Origin: the human T2T-CHM13v2.0 reference genome, Homo sapiens
Length of the DNA: 64,000 nt
Assembly (NCBI RefSeq): GCF_009914755.1
Contig: NC_060931.1
Reading direction: 5' to 3' (one strand)
Each line of letters starts with the position of its first letter. The first letter of the stretch is position 1. The position numbers were made by a program, and so were the translations under genes. This document shows positions 26,458-41,295 of the stretch, in pieces. The notes under the pieces were generated by a model, which was not told the origin of the DNA, did not search any database, and saw only the letters and a list, made by a program, of their open reading frames with translations.

Positions 26458-28118
26458 TAATCATATTTATTTGTGCAAACTTATGGCATACACAAGAAAT
26501 TTTGTTACACGTATATAATGCATAGTGATCAAGTCAGGGTATTAGGGTGTCTACCACCCTAGTACAATACAATTTTAAGTACAGTCGCCGTACTCTATCA
26601 AACACTGAATTTATTCCTTCTATCTTATTGTACTTTTGCACCCTTTAACCCACTTTTCTTCAGCCTCCCCTCAACTTCCACTCACCTTTCATAGTCTTTT
26701 ATCTCTCTTTCCATTCTCTACCTCTATATGATCACATTTTTTAGCTCCCACATATAACTGAGGACATATGATATTTGTCTTTTTGTGCTGGCTTACTCCA
26801 CGTAAGATAATGACCTCAAGTTCCATCCATGTTGCTGGAAATGACATGATTTGACTTTTTTATTTATGATTGAATATTATTCTACTGTGTATATATACCA
26901 CGTTTTCTGTATCAGTTCATCTGTTAATGAACACTTAGGTTTATTTCATATCTTTGCTATTTTGAATAGTGCTGCAATAAACACATGAGTGTAGGTATCT
27001 CTTTGATATATTGACTTCTTTTGCTTTGAGTAGATATCCAATAGTGGGATTGCTGAATTAAACGGTGATTCTATTTTCAGTTTTTCTGGGAAATCTCCAT
27101 ACTGTTTTTCATAGTGGCTGTATTGAATTACATTGCCACCAACAGTGTACAACAGTTCCCTTTTCTCTGCATCCTCACCAACATCTGGTATTTTTTTTGT
27201 CTTTTGAATAGTAACCATTCTCACTGGGTAAGATGATATCTCACTGTGGTTTTTATACACATTTCTCTGACGATTAGTGATGCTGATTATTTTTTACATA
27301 TCTGTTAGTGTTTGTATGTCTTCTTTTGAGAACTGTCTATTCATATCATTTGCCCACTTTTTAATGGGATTAGTTGTTTTTTCCTGTTTGATTTATTTGT
27401 ATATTCTGGATATTGGTACCATGTTGGATGAATGATTTGCAAATATTTTCTTCCATTCAACATGCTGTCTTTCCACTCTGCTGCTTGTTTTCTTTGCTGT
27501 GCAGAAATTTTTAGTTTAACATAGTTCACTTTTTCTTTTGTTTTTGTTCTCTGTGCTTTTGAGGTCTTAGTCATAAATTCTTTTCTTAGACCAGTGTCCA
27601 AGAGAGTTTCCCCTAGGTTTCCTTTTAATATCTTTATGGTTTTGGGTCTTATGTTTAGGTCATTCATCCATTTGAGTTGATTTTTGTATATAGTGAGAGA
27701 GAGGGATCCAGTTTCATTCTTCTGCACACGACAATTTTCCCAGCACTATGTATTGAAGAGGGTGTCCTTTTCCCACCATAAGTTCTTGTTGGCTTTGTTG
27801 AATATCAGTTAGCTGTAAATATGTGGCTTTATTTCTGGATTCTCCATTCTGTTATATTGGTCTATGTATCCATTTTTATACCAATACCATGTTGTTTTGG
27901 TTACCATACCCTTGTAATATATTTTGAAGTCAGGTTAAGTGATGACCCCAGCTTTGTTATTTTTGCTCAGAATTGCTTTGGCTATTTGTGCTTTTTTTTT
28001 TGGTTCCATATGAAATTTAGGATTTTTTCTAATTCTATGAAGAATGACATTAGTATTTTGATAGGGATTGCCCTGAATCTGTAGATTGGTTTGGACAATG
28101 TAGTCATTTTACCAATGG
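26458..28118 (-). mobile_element. L1PB-like 3' ~1.6 kb fragment
   Basis: Minus-strand ORFs 26946..27260 and 27341..27727 resemble the ORF2 C-terminus; 3'UTR atgcatagtgatcaagtcagggta is PB-type. Confidence 0.88.
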
Positions 28119-31100
28119 CATTACCTAACATAGCTTTCATAATGTAACATATTTTGTGAGACTTTTTCAAGAAATATTTATTGATAACCTACTATGAGCT
28201 AAGCACTGTGCTGGGCCCGAGGTTAGAGTGACAAGTCACAAGATCCATGGATCAGATAGTTTCAGGCAGAGCCAGCCAATAAACAAATAATCTCACTAAT
28301 TATTAATTCATTACAATTTATAATATCTGCTACTAGGAGAAGTACATGTATATTTTACTCTACCTAAACCCTCAGGTAATTTATAAACAGCTTGGAATCA
28401 TAGGCTATTACATGTCATAGGCATAATTCATCACAATTGATTTAAATAATCCTAATGCAATAAATCAGCAACACATTTATCAATTGAATGTTTTGGGGTG
28501 AATTTACACAACAGAACTTATTTTTCGAGTGAAGCAGCCTTTTCAAATTTAATGAATTGGATGTTTACAAGAAAATCCTACTGTTTAAAATCTCTGGGGC
28601 CAACTAAATATTAACATCAATATAGCAAGGATTTAAAAAAAATGAAATTTAAAATTTACCTTTATTATATTAGACAAACTGAATTCTACTTGGGAATATG
28701 CCTTAATTTCATTTTCTATTTAATATGCAGCCTTGAAGCATTGTTTAATTAAAATGGCACTTAGACCAACGGATCAGACTGAGCACAAACCTAGGGCTGC
28801 TCACTAAAATTTGCAGATAAGATTAGCAAAGTCTATGATGCTGCTGTCTGAAGCATCTCCCATAACACTGGGTGTAAGCAGCATCACGACAATTTTACAT
28901 GCTGCTAAATGGTAACATCAGTTTTGCTTTTGCCGTGAAACGCATGGATCCTGAGAGACTTGAATGCTTTATAGATAAGCAAGCTGGGCACTTGTCAAAT
29001 TGGGGTGACATGGGGTTGTCATAGATTCCCTACTTTATTCTACCAAGCTCTGTGTTTTCCTGTTAGAAAAAGGAAGTAATCCACAGACATTTTAAAAACG
29101 GATGCATGCAAAGAAAACTCAATAAAAGTACTGATTGTCAACGTGATTTGGGTGGAAAAGGAAGAGAGGAAAACTTCCACATTTTTAGTTTGTGTTGTGG
29201 AATTCTTTTAAACATTAACACAATGGACAAGCTGACCAACCTGACAGTGCCCATCTTATCCTTGTTCCAGGTGGAGATAATATATAATTTTCAGCATTAC
29301 TTATCACAGACAGTGTCAAAGGCACTGACAGTTGAGAGATAAGGCAGGAAAATGCTTTTCCCTTGACATGAAAGGATGACTATTTAGTGTGTAACTGTAA
29401 CAATGAAATTTCTGACTCCCTATTTGGTATTAATCTAAGGCATCATTGCTTCTTATTAAAATTTAATGAAAGTAATGTCCAAATTCAACCATTAAATTGA
29501 ATGTATATAGCCAGATGTGTATGTGGGGTTTCTCAGATGTTCTTTACCAAAATAATTTCCTCTCTAGATTATTTTGGATAATCCAGGCGGAGATACTGAA
29601 ATCACAATTCTTTCCATCTTGGCAATACAGTATAGTGAACGTTGACTTGAAAGAACATAAGAATCTTTAAATTTGAGGAGTATGAATGATGTAAATGTTA
29701 CACATATACCTTCATTTAGGTTATAATTAATTTTGAATCATATAATACCAGCCTTATAAAAAGCAACAAAGTATCTATTAACACACATTGTAGTGGGATC
29801 TGTTTTCATATATGAGCATCCACTTCAAATATGGTCTTTTGCTCAAAGAGGGAAGTAGTGCGATTATAGTAAAAACCCTAATTTTCCTGATTCAAACAGA
29901 GCAAAAGCTTCCCCCCCTAGCACAAACAGTGGGCAGGATATTTATTCCAAAGACCTGGCCATTGCAATTTATATGAATCTTTGCCATTTCAGCTCTGTCC
30001 CACCTCTGCAGCGTTCCTGGGCAGAAGGACTAGATTAAACATCAGGAATAAAAAATGTAATCTCTTCTTAATGGAATACAAAATCCCTTTTGATAAAATT
30101 ATAAAATACAATAGTGATATATATACATCACTATTTTGCATTACTCTCTCCATACAGCATATATATATTCTCTCTATATAATAATGCAAAAAAAGTAGAG
30201 GATTTGGAATTAACAGCATGCATCGCATTACTACTTTGTTTCATGGTAGAAGGAAACGAAGGAACATGGAAAAAGCTGTGGGTAAGATTTCCTCCACAGT
30301 AAGTGAATCTGCAAAATATAAAGGGACCTGGAATCGAAAACATGATGCCTGCTGTTCCTGCAAGGTTTCCTGATGCCTAAAACATCAGGAAAATTCTTGG
30401 AGAGCACTTCACCCCAGTGAAAAATATTACCCTTATAAAGCTGTCAGAGTCTGTCTCAGCTTCAGTTACCTGGCATGTAAAGAGCCAGTCAGTCCCACAA
30501 ATTAGGTAAGCCCTGTAGGCTTGTCTAACATACATGCCAAGCTTTCAGGAAATGTTAAAAGCCCAAGTGGAGCTGTGATTTGTACCTCTGGTAACAACTG
30601 GACTGTGTGTATATCATATTGAGCAGTGACAGTGTGATGTGATGCAGGACTCAGCAACTTTGGAAGACTCTACATGCAAACACGAAAACTATTCAACAGC
30701 ACTGGTACCAGACAGGGTAGCCAAACGGAGAGCTTTAGAGGGCCCCAGGCTTTAATATATGGAATCACATAATTTTGTCTTATAATGGCATTTAGAGGCA
30801 AAAAGCACTAAAAATATTGATTTGTACCTAGAACACCACCAACTAAATTGTCATTAATTGATACAATTATTGGGTCAAGGTGTTAGGCTACATTTTAAAT
30901 TTGGTCTCAGATTCTTCTGAGTTTGCATTTTCAGAATTAACCCTGATAGACACAGGGCATATAGATTGGTATGCTACTATAGCGACAATAGTTTTTTAAA
31001 CCTGTGAATGTACTTTTTAAATTCATACTTCCTTGGGTGTGGCTTTTCTCCTATTTAAGCAGACATTTATTTTAGGAGATTTTGGTCTGCTCAAGTGGAG

Positions 31101-31558
31101 ATGTAAAGACAGAGTCAGAAATCAATGTGTGACATTCATGCACCTTGATTGGGGGTAAGATTTGGAGGTGAGGACTCAGGGTGTGAAGTCTTTACAACTC
31201 TAGGCAAAAGATAAGAACTGTTACATGAACAGGTGTAAGTCCTACTACAGCAGAGACCAGGAAAGATAGCAAACAGCAGGCAGACCACAGACCCACTCAC
31301 ATCACCATAGGATACCTATTCCTTTTATTGTTTGGTAGCATCTTGGATGGAAGAGGAGAGGAGAAACCAATTGGGGAAAAGCCTGACAGGGAATTTGAAC
31401 TTGAAAATTGGCAAAGTATTTGTACCCTCCCCAAATAATGCTGATTTAAAGTAAAAGAGACAGGCAAGTCTTTAATTAGTAAGCTTAAGTTTTCTTACCC
31501 TCCATCACCACAATGAAGGCTTCAAACAAGATGATACTAATTACAGAAAATAAAAATA

Positions 31559-31950
<392 letters not shown>

Positions 31951-32169
31951 TTAGGTATTTAGGTAAGTATATTTGACAAAAACATTACTGGCTTTGGGGT
32001 CACACAAATATGATCTGAGTGTTGGGTTTTCTTGGATAAGCCTCAGTTTATTTATTCTGCATGATGTTATAAGGAATAGAGATATAGAGTGCCCTACAAT
32101 GCTTGGCACTCAATAAAGAGTAGGTACTGCTATGATTATTACTAGTACTGTTACTGTTGCTCCACTGTT

Positions 32170-32211
32170 ATCATCATCATCATCATCATCATCGTCATCA
32201 TCATCATCATC
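32170..32211. repeat. (ATC)14 microsatellite with one GTC interruption
   Basis: Seen directly. Confidence 0.95.
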
Positions 32212-35200
32212 GGTAGTGGTAGTAACCATAATAGCAGCAATAGTAGGACTTGATGGAATAGTGAATGATGAAGACATTGGGTCCAAACTTAGAGTGTGCG
32301 GCAGGTAAAAATCACTAGTGTATGTGTCCCATAATTGTTGAAAGAAAAAGGCTTTCTGGAACTACCTGAAATATGGAAAAGAGCTAATAACACTGAGTGT
32401 AGAAAATGAGGATTAGAAAATTATTAAGTAGGAGGAGACTTTATTCTTTTCTTCCTGTGGGAACTTGGCTTGAAGGGGTTGGGATAAAGAGACATTTAGC
32501 TAATTGTTAAATTGACATTAGCCATTTGGCCTCAGAAATGGAAGAGAGGACCTGATTTATAAAGAAGACACTGACTAGTACAAAGGGATTCAACTGGAGT
32601 ACATTTACAAAACCACCTGAAAGCAAACACAATTCTGATTATATTTTCTATTTAATATACACATAAATGACTATTTTTAAAGATATGGCCTTTTTAAAGA
32701 AAAATAGAGTAACAAGCAAGACAATTATTTCATTAGTTCACAAATCAGAATCACGTCGGTACTACAAATATAGTCCGTGAAATAACAACTATAATTAAGA
32801 TAATAATGATATTTTCATTAGAACATTCTCCTTGATCAGGTGACTTTTTCAAGAAAAATTTTAAGTAATTAAAAAATCTATTTCTGCTCAAAGATCAATC
32901 AGTTATTGTTACTCAGAGATAATACTTGAAAGTGAAAGATAAAATCTGTGTTTTAGAATTACAGTGCTAGACAAAGGATATTTTCCAGTTGGAAAATAAA
33001 TAAAAGATGAAGAACATGAAAGCTACTTTATCAGTGTTAATAAAATTAACATGTACTCAGCAACTTAATAGAGACACAAATTAGTTCTAAAACTGCTGTG
33101 ATTTATGGTTCTGCAGTGAGAAGCGAGAGTTGAAAAACTCAGTAGGACCAGATGCCACAAGACAGACTGGAAGGCGCTCCATGGGAGGCAAAGAAAAAGA
33201 GAAAACAACGAGGGACACAAAGAATGTACTATTCCATGGAGAAAGGGGACTGCTATTGAGTTCTGAAGAATATATTATGACCGTCTGTTTTCTGTCTTCT
33301 TCGTGGTGAGAAACTTGAAGATAGGGAGCATATCTTACTCATCTTTGTGTTCCTGGAACCTACTGTTAGGTGCTCAACACAGACAAGTGTTAACGGAATG
33401 AATGAGATGATGTGTCCGCTGTGGCACTGGGAGAGATAAAATGTTGTACCTTTCTCAGAAGAGCAACCCTAGACAGATATTTGGGTAGCACACGGAATTT
33501 TGGCTTCCTGTGATATTAATACCTTTGTTGTGATTTTATGCTCTTTAATAATTAATTCAGTTAGGTATTCTTATGGTGAGAGTGTTTGCTGTTTGCCCCG
33601 CATTTCAGGTATTTCCAAAGTGTGCTGGTTTGGGGTAGAGGAGAGAACAAAAAGTTGACATTGGCTATATTCTATAAAGCTAATTTCCTAACCCTTGATT
33701 GCCCTAACACAGACGTCAGAAAAGCACATGTGGATTAAAGAAAATGTTTTAGTAAAAACTATGAGCAAAACCATTAAAGGTTTAGTTACATTGCTTTTGG
33801 AACATACGTAGACTCTTAGTAGCTTTTATTCCCTCATGTGGACACTGTGTTTTTAACAATCAGACTAATAATACTATACTTTATTGCCTTTTACAAAATC
33901 ATGAATGAAATAATAATACTTTGTAACATTTCAGAATTTTCTTAGTTTAATTTTGTAAGCAACACCATATTTTATACTTTCAAACTTTTTCTTTTATATT
34001 TGACATCTGGACAGAATCTCTCATTACTGAGACAGATCCCAAATTCCTCTCAAACCATTTTTCTAAGAGTAATATATTTAAACCCCCATTAGACATAGAA
34101 TTTATTATAAATGAAAGTGCCCAATATCATGTTTTCAGGAAAATACATACAAATCAATAGAAAACTCAAGAAAAGTATAGAAATGGAAGAGATTTTCAGA
34201 TATTATTTGGTTTGTTTCCATTTCTCCTATCAGCTTTACATATGGCACAGCAGAGAGAAATATGGATCAATGCTTTTGTTCACTGGTAATGAATTTGAAC
34301 ATTATAAAATTTGTATTTATTCAACATTTATTGAATACTGTGCAGAGAGCTGGGGATTTACATTTTTCTGTGTAAAGGGGTCCATCGTATAGTTCTCTGA
34401 AGGCACACATGTAGGTTGTCTTGACTTGGGCATGTTATGGTAGAAGTGGGGCAGAGGTGCTCAAATGAAGGAATGGCCATTTACAGCAGGGATTAGAGTG
34501 TTGGCAATCTTTACCTGACAATTCTTACTGGTGGGGGTGGGGGGTGGAGGGGAAGCTACTCTATATTAAGAAAAAGGAGTATTTAACTTCAATAGTGCTA
34601 CTTCTGTTTCTACTGCAACACATTTAGTATATTATCTTTTACATTTTCCATGCCCTTTCCTGCCTCACCTCAGTTATTTAGCACCATAGGAGTACTAAAA
34701 TTAGCTGTAATTTATATAAGTTATTGATGCTATCTGTCAGACACTGATCTCATAAATGATTGCTTTACATGAAACACCTGATTTGATCCTCAAGACAACT
34801 CAGTGAATGGAAAACTAACTTTTCCAATGTCATAACTAAAATTTCTTTGGGTGAGGGTGGGAGATGGAAGTGCTGAAATCCCTTGAAATATGCTTTCTGG
34901 GCCGTTTTTTCTTAGGATTCCTAAAGTTCTAAATAGCAGTAAGAAAATGTGGAGAGCCACATGCAAGGAAAGACTTGGCCCCTGTATTCAACAGCCATTA
35001 CGTATCCAGCCTTTATGAAGAATACCCCAGAACTCTGAAATTCTCTCCACATCGCTCTTCAGTCAGAGTCCAAATTCAGCATTCCTAAATCCCTTTGTAT
35101 TGAATTCCTTGTACTACAGATATAGTGAATATATGCTTTGGTTATACAGAAAGATATCAACATACAGTTAAGTCTGCCAGCTAGCATTAGAGTCATAATT

Positions 35201-36533
35201 TAATATCTAGTATTTATGCATTCACACAAATTATATTCATGAGGACACTTAGAAGAGAAACATTTAGAAACTTTAAAAATTTCTCTGGCATTCACATGAT
35301 AAGGAAATATGGATATATTTGGAAGCCTATTTCATTTTATTTGAATTGTAATGCCATCTGCCAAAATTCACTCTCTCAAAAAGTGCTGCTTTTGACAGCA
35401 TCAGAAAGAAACTTTGTGTGAGGAATAGGCATCTATTTTTTTACTTAATTTACAAAAGACACATTTTGTTTGTATTCACAAGGGCATTTTGCAAATTAAT
35501 TTTACCCAATTAATATGTCATTCTGTGACAATGACAGAAATATCAGATTCTTAAGTGAGTTCAAATTCCTTTCAGTTTTAACTTTGCAAAGCATGAAAAA
35601 ATTATATGGCATAACACAGAATTTTACTCTTTCAATTTATGATAATGCCATCTTTCCCCTATAAAGATGACACTATTGGCATCACCTAGGCATTCACTAT
35701 AGGTAATTTCTAGTAATGACTGAATTTGTGTTGAGTCATTCTTACCTGATTCCCACTGCAATATAAAGTTTGTATTATTTGTGAAGTGATAAATAGATTT
35801 ACCTGAAGTTAGTGATTGTGGGAAGAATGAAACAGATCAAGTTTCAGAGAAATTGGCTTTAAGATCTTCAATTCCTTGTAAGCAGGTAGTGAGAGCTGAA
35901 ACTGGCCAGACATCGGCTCAGCTGTTCGACAGACACATCGTTTCGACTCTGCATTTAACATGCTAAATAAGACAGAAGGGATACAAGAGAAGATACGATC
36001 CTTGCCTCAAATACTTTACCATCTACTTGGAGACGTAAAAGTATCCACGGGTAAAAGTAGAAATGGATCTGTAAGGGGTATTTATGCATGAAGGTGCAGG
36101 TACGACTAGTATACATAAATATTGTATGATTTCACAATAAAGCTGCCTTAATTTAAGATGTCTTCATGACTTTCATTGATTCTCAGGTAGAATCATGAAG
36201 AAGGCAAAAAATAGAAGTGGGGGCTGTTAGGGGAAATTGATGAGTTCAGGTAAAAGATGGGGAAAAGTGTGTGAGATAGAGAGATACTTTTGCAGAGAAT
36301 GGGCAAAAGTGGTGTTTGTAAATTTTAAGATAACTATCCTAGTTGGAATAGAAGACTTGTGTTAGAAAATAATAAGAGAAAAGACTGTATATATAATATA
36401 GATCAACTAATGGAATGTTTTTGGATACTAGGTTGAAGAGTCTGAAGTAACTGGAAACCATTACAAGGTCAAAAAGAGGAACAACATAATTGCTACATTT
36501 TAGGAAAGACTTATCCACGCACTTGTATTCTTA

Positions 36534-36857
36534 TTTTTTTATTTTTTGAGAATAAATTTATATTTATTTCGCTCCTGTTGCGTAGGCTAGAGTACAATGG
36601 CGCAATCTTGGCTCACTGCAACCTCCGCCTCCCAGTTTCAAGTGATTCTCCTGCCTCAGCCTCCTGAGTAGCTGGGATTACAGGCATGCGCCACTGCACC
36701 TGGCTAATTTTGTATTTTTAGTAGAGATGGGGTTTCTCCATGTTGGTCGGGCTGGTTTTGAACTCCCAACCTCAGGTGATTCGCCAACCTCAGGTGATTC
36801 GCCTGCCTTGGCCTCCCAAAGTGCTGGGATTACAGGTGTGAGCCACCGCACCTGGCC
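36534..36857 (-). mobile_element. AluSp-like with internal 18-bp tandem duplication
   Basis: Antisense Alu; perfect TSD tgtattctta at 36524-36533 and 36858-36867; ccaacctcaggtgattcg occurs twice. Confidence 0.93.
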
Positions 36858-36979
36858 TGTATTCTTAATATTTACATCATTAGTACATAGCACATATCCA
36901 TGTCCAGGACAGTGCATGGAATATAATAGTAAAAAAAACGATTAGAAACAGGAGGTGAATGGGTTATTCAAGGGGACAG

Positions 36980-37522
36980 CTTTCTTTCTGTGGCTGAAAC
37001 TCAAGTGTGTTACACTGGGGTTTGACTCTTTGATTTGCAGAATGCTCCACAGCACAAGTCGTAGTTGGAGGTGGGTGTTGCTTCTCACCTACGGAAGTTG
37101 AAAAGGCCAGATACTTGACTTCTCTGGAAACATAGGAACAAAGGCATGGACCTGTGGCCTCGGTTTGGGCAATCAGACACAACCAGATGGGATTTTGAAT
37201 CTGGAGCTAGTGATGCAAAGCAGCGGCAACAGTGGAGAATGTTTTCTAGTGGCAGCAGAGACTGCCACAGTTAGTTTCTGTGGGCAGCTGTGGCAGTTTG
37301 GCCAGAGACAGCAGTGTCTTTACTCAGCTGTCCTTGTGAGATGACCCTGGCTGGAGTCTGGCTATGGAACCTCTCTTTGTTTTTTCTTATTGTCCACAAC
37401 TGGTTTTGCCACCTTTCTTGTGATTCTGTAAGCTACTCAGTGGCCTTTCAATGAATTTGTTTTCTTCATAAATCAAGCAGAATCCATTTTTGTTGTTTGC
37501 ACTCAAGAACTCTGATAAAGCA
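36980..37522 (+). mobile_element. LTR33-like ERVL solo LTR
   Basis: gaaaaggccagatacttgact, ttttgaatctggagctagtgatgcaaag, terminal tgttgtttgcactcaagaactctga. Confidence 0.6.
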
Positions 37523-37877
37523 TCCAAGGCAGGCATACCATCTGGGGATAATGACAGTAGGTAGAGAGAGAAAAGGACAACAGTGAGAGACATTGACAAG
37601 GAAGAACTGACAGAGTTGGTAACTAGCAAGACATTGCTTTACTATTCTGTTTGCAGTAGTATGTGCACGACATTGCCTAAGGGATGAAACAGAATGAAAC
37701 AAAATATTTGCAAGTATATACCCTAACAGATTTGTAACAAAGTGCTTGCAGAACATGTGAATATAATGTCTGTAAGTGTGACATTTCTTCGGAGGATAAA
37801 CTGGGGAAGTAAGTGGTGGTAAACATAAATGATTTTTTAAAATTAAAAATAAATCTTTCTATAAAGGGAAAGAGTAA

Positions 37878-38155
37878 AGCTAGAGAACCAGAAAAGCTGG
37901 CAGTGTAATTCAGTTTGAGTTCAAAGGCCCAAGAACCAGGTGAACTGATGGTATAACTCCCATCCCAAGGCCAAAGCTCTGAGAACCAGGAGTTCTGATG
38001 TCTGAGGGCAGGAGAAGATGGAGGACCCAGCTCAAGAAGAGAGAGGGTTAAACTGTTCTGGAAGCACTTCCCAGTCACACCCAGAAATACTGTTTTAGCA
38101 ACTATCTGGGCATCCCTTACCTCAGTCAAGTAAACACATAAAATTAACCATCACA
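37878..38155 (-). mobile_element. MLT2-like ERVL LTR fragment
   Basis: gcaggagaagatgga..cccagctcaa, cacacccagaaata..gtttt..agcaactatctgggcatcccttac..cagtcaag..acacataaaattaaccatcaca. Confidence 0.8.
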
Positions 38156-40129
38156 TCACCCTACTTATGACTGCCAGAGTAAATACTGGACAAATGCAAA
38201 TCCATTCATTCCCTTCCCCTACTAGGAGAGTTTTGGTGCTTTCCCCTTTGCTCTCAGATAAAGCCTAAACTCCTTAGAATGACATTCAGAGTCTGCCATG
38301 ACCTGCCATGGTCACGTCTTCCCCAGGGCATGTCCTCTGCCACAGAAACCTTTCGTGCTTAGGCTTGCCTTGCAACCCTTTGACTCCTGGCTTTTACACA
38401 TGTTGTTTGCTCTGCTTGGAGCCCACTTCTCACCCCCCTCTCCCATCTAACTCTTCTCTCTCCTCTACAGTTCAGCTACATGTTTCCCTTCTTAAAAGTG
38501 TCTGCTGACCACCATTCTTAGCAAAATAGCCACTGCTACATTTTTATAAGTCTTGGTTCAAACATTATAGCCCTTAACACTTACAGGGCAATGGTTAATT
38601 TTCTCATTTTTTTTCACCATTAGACAGTGAGAACTGTGGGACCACATTACTCATCGATCTTTGCATTGCTATTTCTCAATGGTTGTTGCATTCCCAACAT
38701 CCAGGCTTTACTCTAAGTACGTCCTCGATATGTACAGTTGCAGGAATGGAAAGAGCACACATGACTTATAAAACCTACAAGATTTCCATGGCCGCACTTT
38801 AGCTAATTTTATTATTAACAAGGAGTTCTTTTTTCACAAAGTGAGAGAAGGTCTAAGGTCTATTAACCTGAACTGGATCTACAACGAAGCTGGATCTTTA
38901 AGATACAATGTATTTTTGTTTCCTGAATGTTCAATGGTCAAAAGGCTAGTTCTTATAAAGGAGAATAATTTATTGAGAAACATTCTTGGCTTCAGGGAGA
39001 GTCAAACTTCAGAAAGCTGTCTTGTCTTTCCTTCAACTTTAGAGTTTCATAGATAGGGTCCTTTAGTGATTCTTGTTTAATGTAAGTCACTCTTACACTA
39101 TGGGAAAAACAAAAAAGAAAGCAGAAGGATAAGCACAGATTTTAAAAAGAGGATAAGATATAGTGAGAGAAATAGACTGGAAAAATATCCTAAAATTTTA
39201 AAGTCCAGTGGAAAAAGAAGAAAAAGGGGGAAGCAAGACAAATGTTCAAAAGTGTAGAGAAAGCTGTAGCTCATGGTTACTGAGATTCAATCCCAACAGA
39301 AAATTGGGGTTTCCTTCAGCTTTTGGTTTCTTTACCAGAATTCCTTTGTCTTCATCATCCAGCTCCTTAAGGTCACAAAACATCCACCAGTAATCAGCCA
39401 TTTGAATAGCAGGCTGAGGGGGTAGTCTGCATTTTATGCATTTTTGCAGCTTAATGTAGGGAGGAGGTAGAAATGACCCAACGCAGAAACCCTATTCTGT
39501 AATTCAGCAGTATAGATATTATCACAGTTTACTTAATATAATTTCAACTTTGAATTAACTTGGAATGCTACTCTAAGAGAAAGGTTCTAAACCGGTGCTA
39601 CTCTTTTTTCTATTTTATACTATAAATTCAGTTTCCTTATGAAAACATTTTTGGGAGATTTATCATGAAACTAAAAAGAATGGCAAGAATGTGATGAACA
39701 TGTAGATAGATATATCTTAAATGTTTCTTTTGGGTAAAGTGGATAAAGGAATACAGCATGGGACTAAAAATAGATATTATCCAAGATCCAGAGAAAAGTT
39801 CATGGAAAGTCAGGTTGATCCTTACAAGAATGCAGACAATGTTAACTGTGAAAAATTGAACAAAACCTTTTTGTATGAGGCTATGTGTTCTTGGATGCAG
39901 AAACCATATGTTTGTCATTGTTAAATCTCCAGCTCTAGCCCAGTGCTGGGAACATAGTAGGCACTCAAGAAACATGAGTAGAATAAATCAGCCTACAGGA
40001 CAATTTGGAGAGGGTGCACCTGTAGTTTTAAAGCAACCCTTTTAAGATAAATTTTCAGATCACCAGTATAAAATATAATCTTCATAAAGCAAAGCGATTG
40101 TAAATAAGTAGAAACCAGGTACAATCATA

Positions 40130-40570
40130 CCCCATTAAAAAATACCCTCCCATGTGATTCAGGAAAAAAATCCAAATTCCACACAGAGACTACAGGGTCT
40201 TCCATTCTGCCAGCCTCCCTGACTTCTCTTCATACCACTTCTCCTCTCTGTTCTCTATAGGCCAGCCACGCTGGTTTTTTTCCTTTGTGTTCTCTGAATG
40301 TGTCAAGTCCAGTCCATTTTTAGGGCTTTTATCTCTGCCCTTTACTTTACTTGGAACGTTCTTCCTTAGATGTTTTCATAGCTGGCTCCTCATCATCCAA
40401 ATCTCCTTTCACATATCACATGCTTACCTTGCCTTCACCATGCTATCTGAAATAGCTACCGCCTTTCCTTCCCTTTTTCCAACACCTTGCTTTATTTTAT
40501 TAGCATTTTCTACCATATAACATTTTACTATTTATTTTCTGGTTTTCTCATTCTAATCTTCACTTGAGAC
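40130..40570 (+). mobile_element. L2 fragment
   Basis: aatccaaattcc, ccagccacgctgg..tttcctt, ggaacgttcttcc, gctggctcctcatcatc; pyrimidine-rich L2 3' region. Confidence 0.6.
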
Positions 40571-41261
40571 TCATGGTACTTTGATACAAAGGAAGTGGTC
40601 TCTTATTCAATCAATGGATAAGTGTGAACACTTAGAAATATATAAAATGCTATAAAATGATTCCTAAGTGAAGAGGGTGATGTGATGTCTGAAAGGATCA
40701 TGGCACATAAAGAATGCAGGAAAGAAAAGAACAGAGAGAGAAATTTCTGTTCTTGACCCTATGAGACAGTATTATATTTATTAGTTCAATATCGGGTCGA
40801 GTGGTGCCCTAAATAAATCATGCATATTTTCATTTAGCTTCCTAGTTGGAAATTTAGCTTTTAGGTACAATTAATTTCAATGTGAGCTTAGAGCATTGTT
40901 GAACCTGATATCCCAGACCCTGATAACTCTATAAAATGGATATAAAATGGTAGAAAGGGATGGAAATGGTTATTTTGATAGCTGGCAACAGAGTTTTCAT
41001 GAGAATGTTTATATTCAGGAAACTACCTTAATAATGCTCTTCGGTGGTAAAAAGTAAGGCCTTAGAAGCCTTACTTTTTAAAAAGAAACCAGAAAGAAAA
41101 GAGGAATGGTAAACTGCTCTGCATGAGAAATGAAGATAAATTTGGGGATAGGAAAAAGAAGAAGCAGAGAAGGATTGAGTCTATAAAAATACACTGGCGT
41201 CAAGGTGGCCAGGCCAAAGTAGTTGTGAAAGTAAAAATGTATAATATCACATTTGAAATTC

Positions 41262-41263
<2 letters not shown>

Positions 41264-41293
<30 letters not shown>
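41264..41293. repeat. (AC)15 microsatellite
   Basis: Perfect run. Confidence 0.95.
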
Positions 41294-41295
<2 letters not shown>

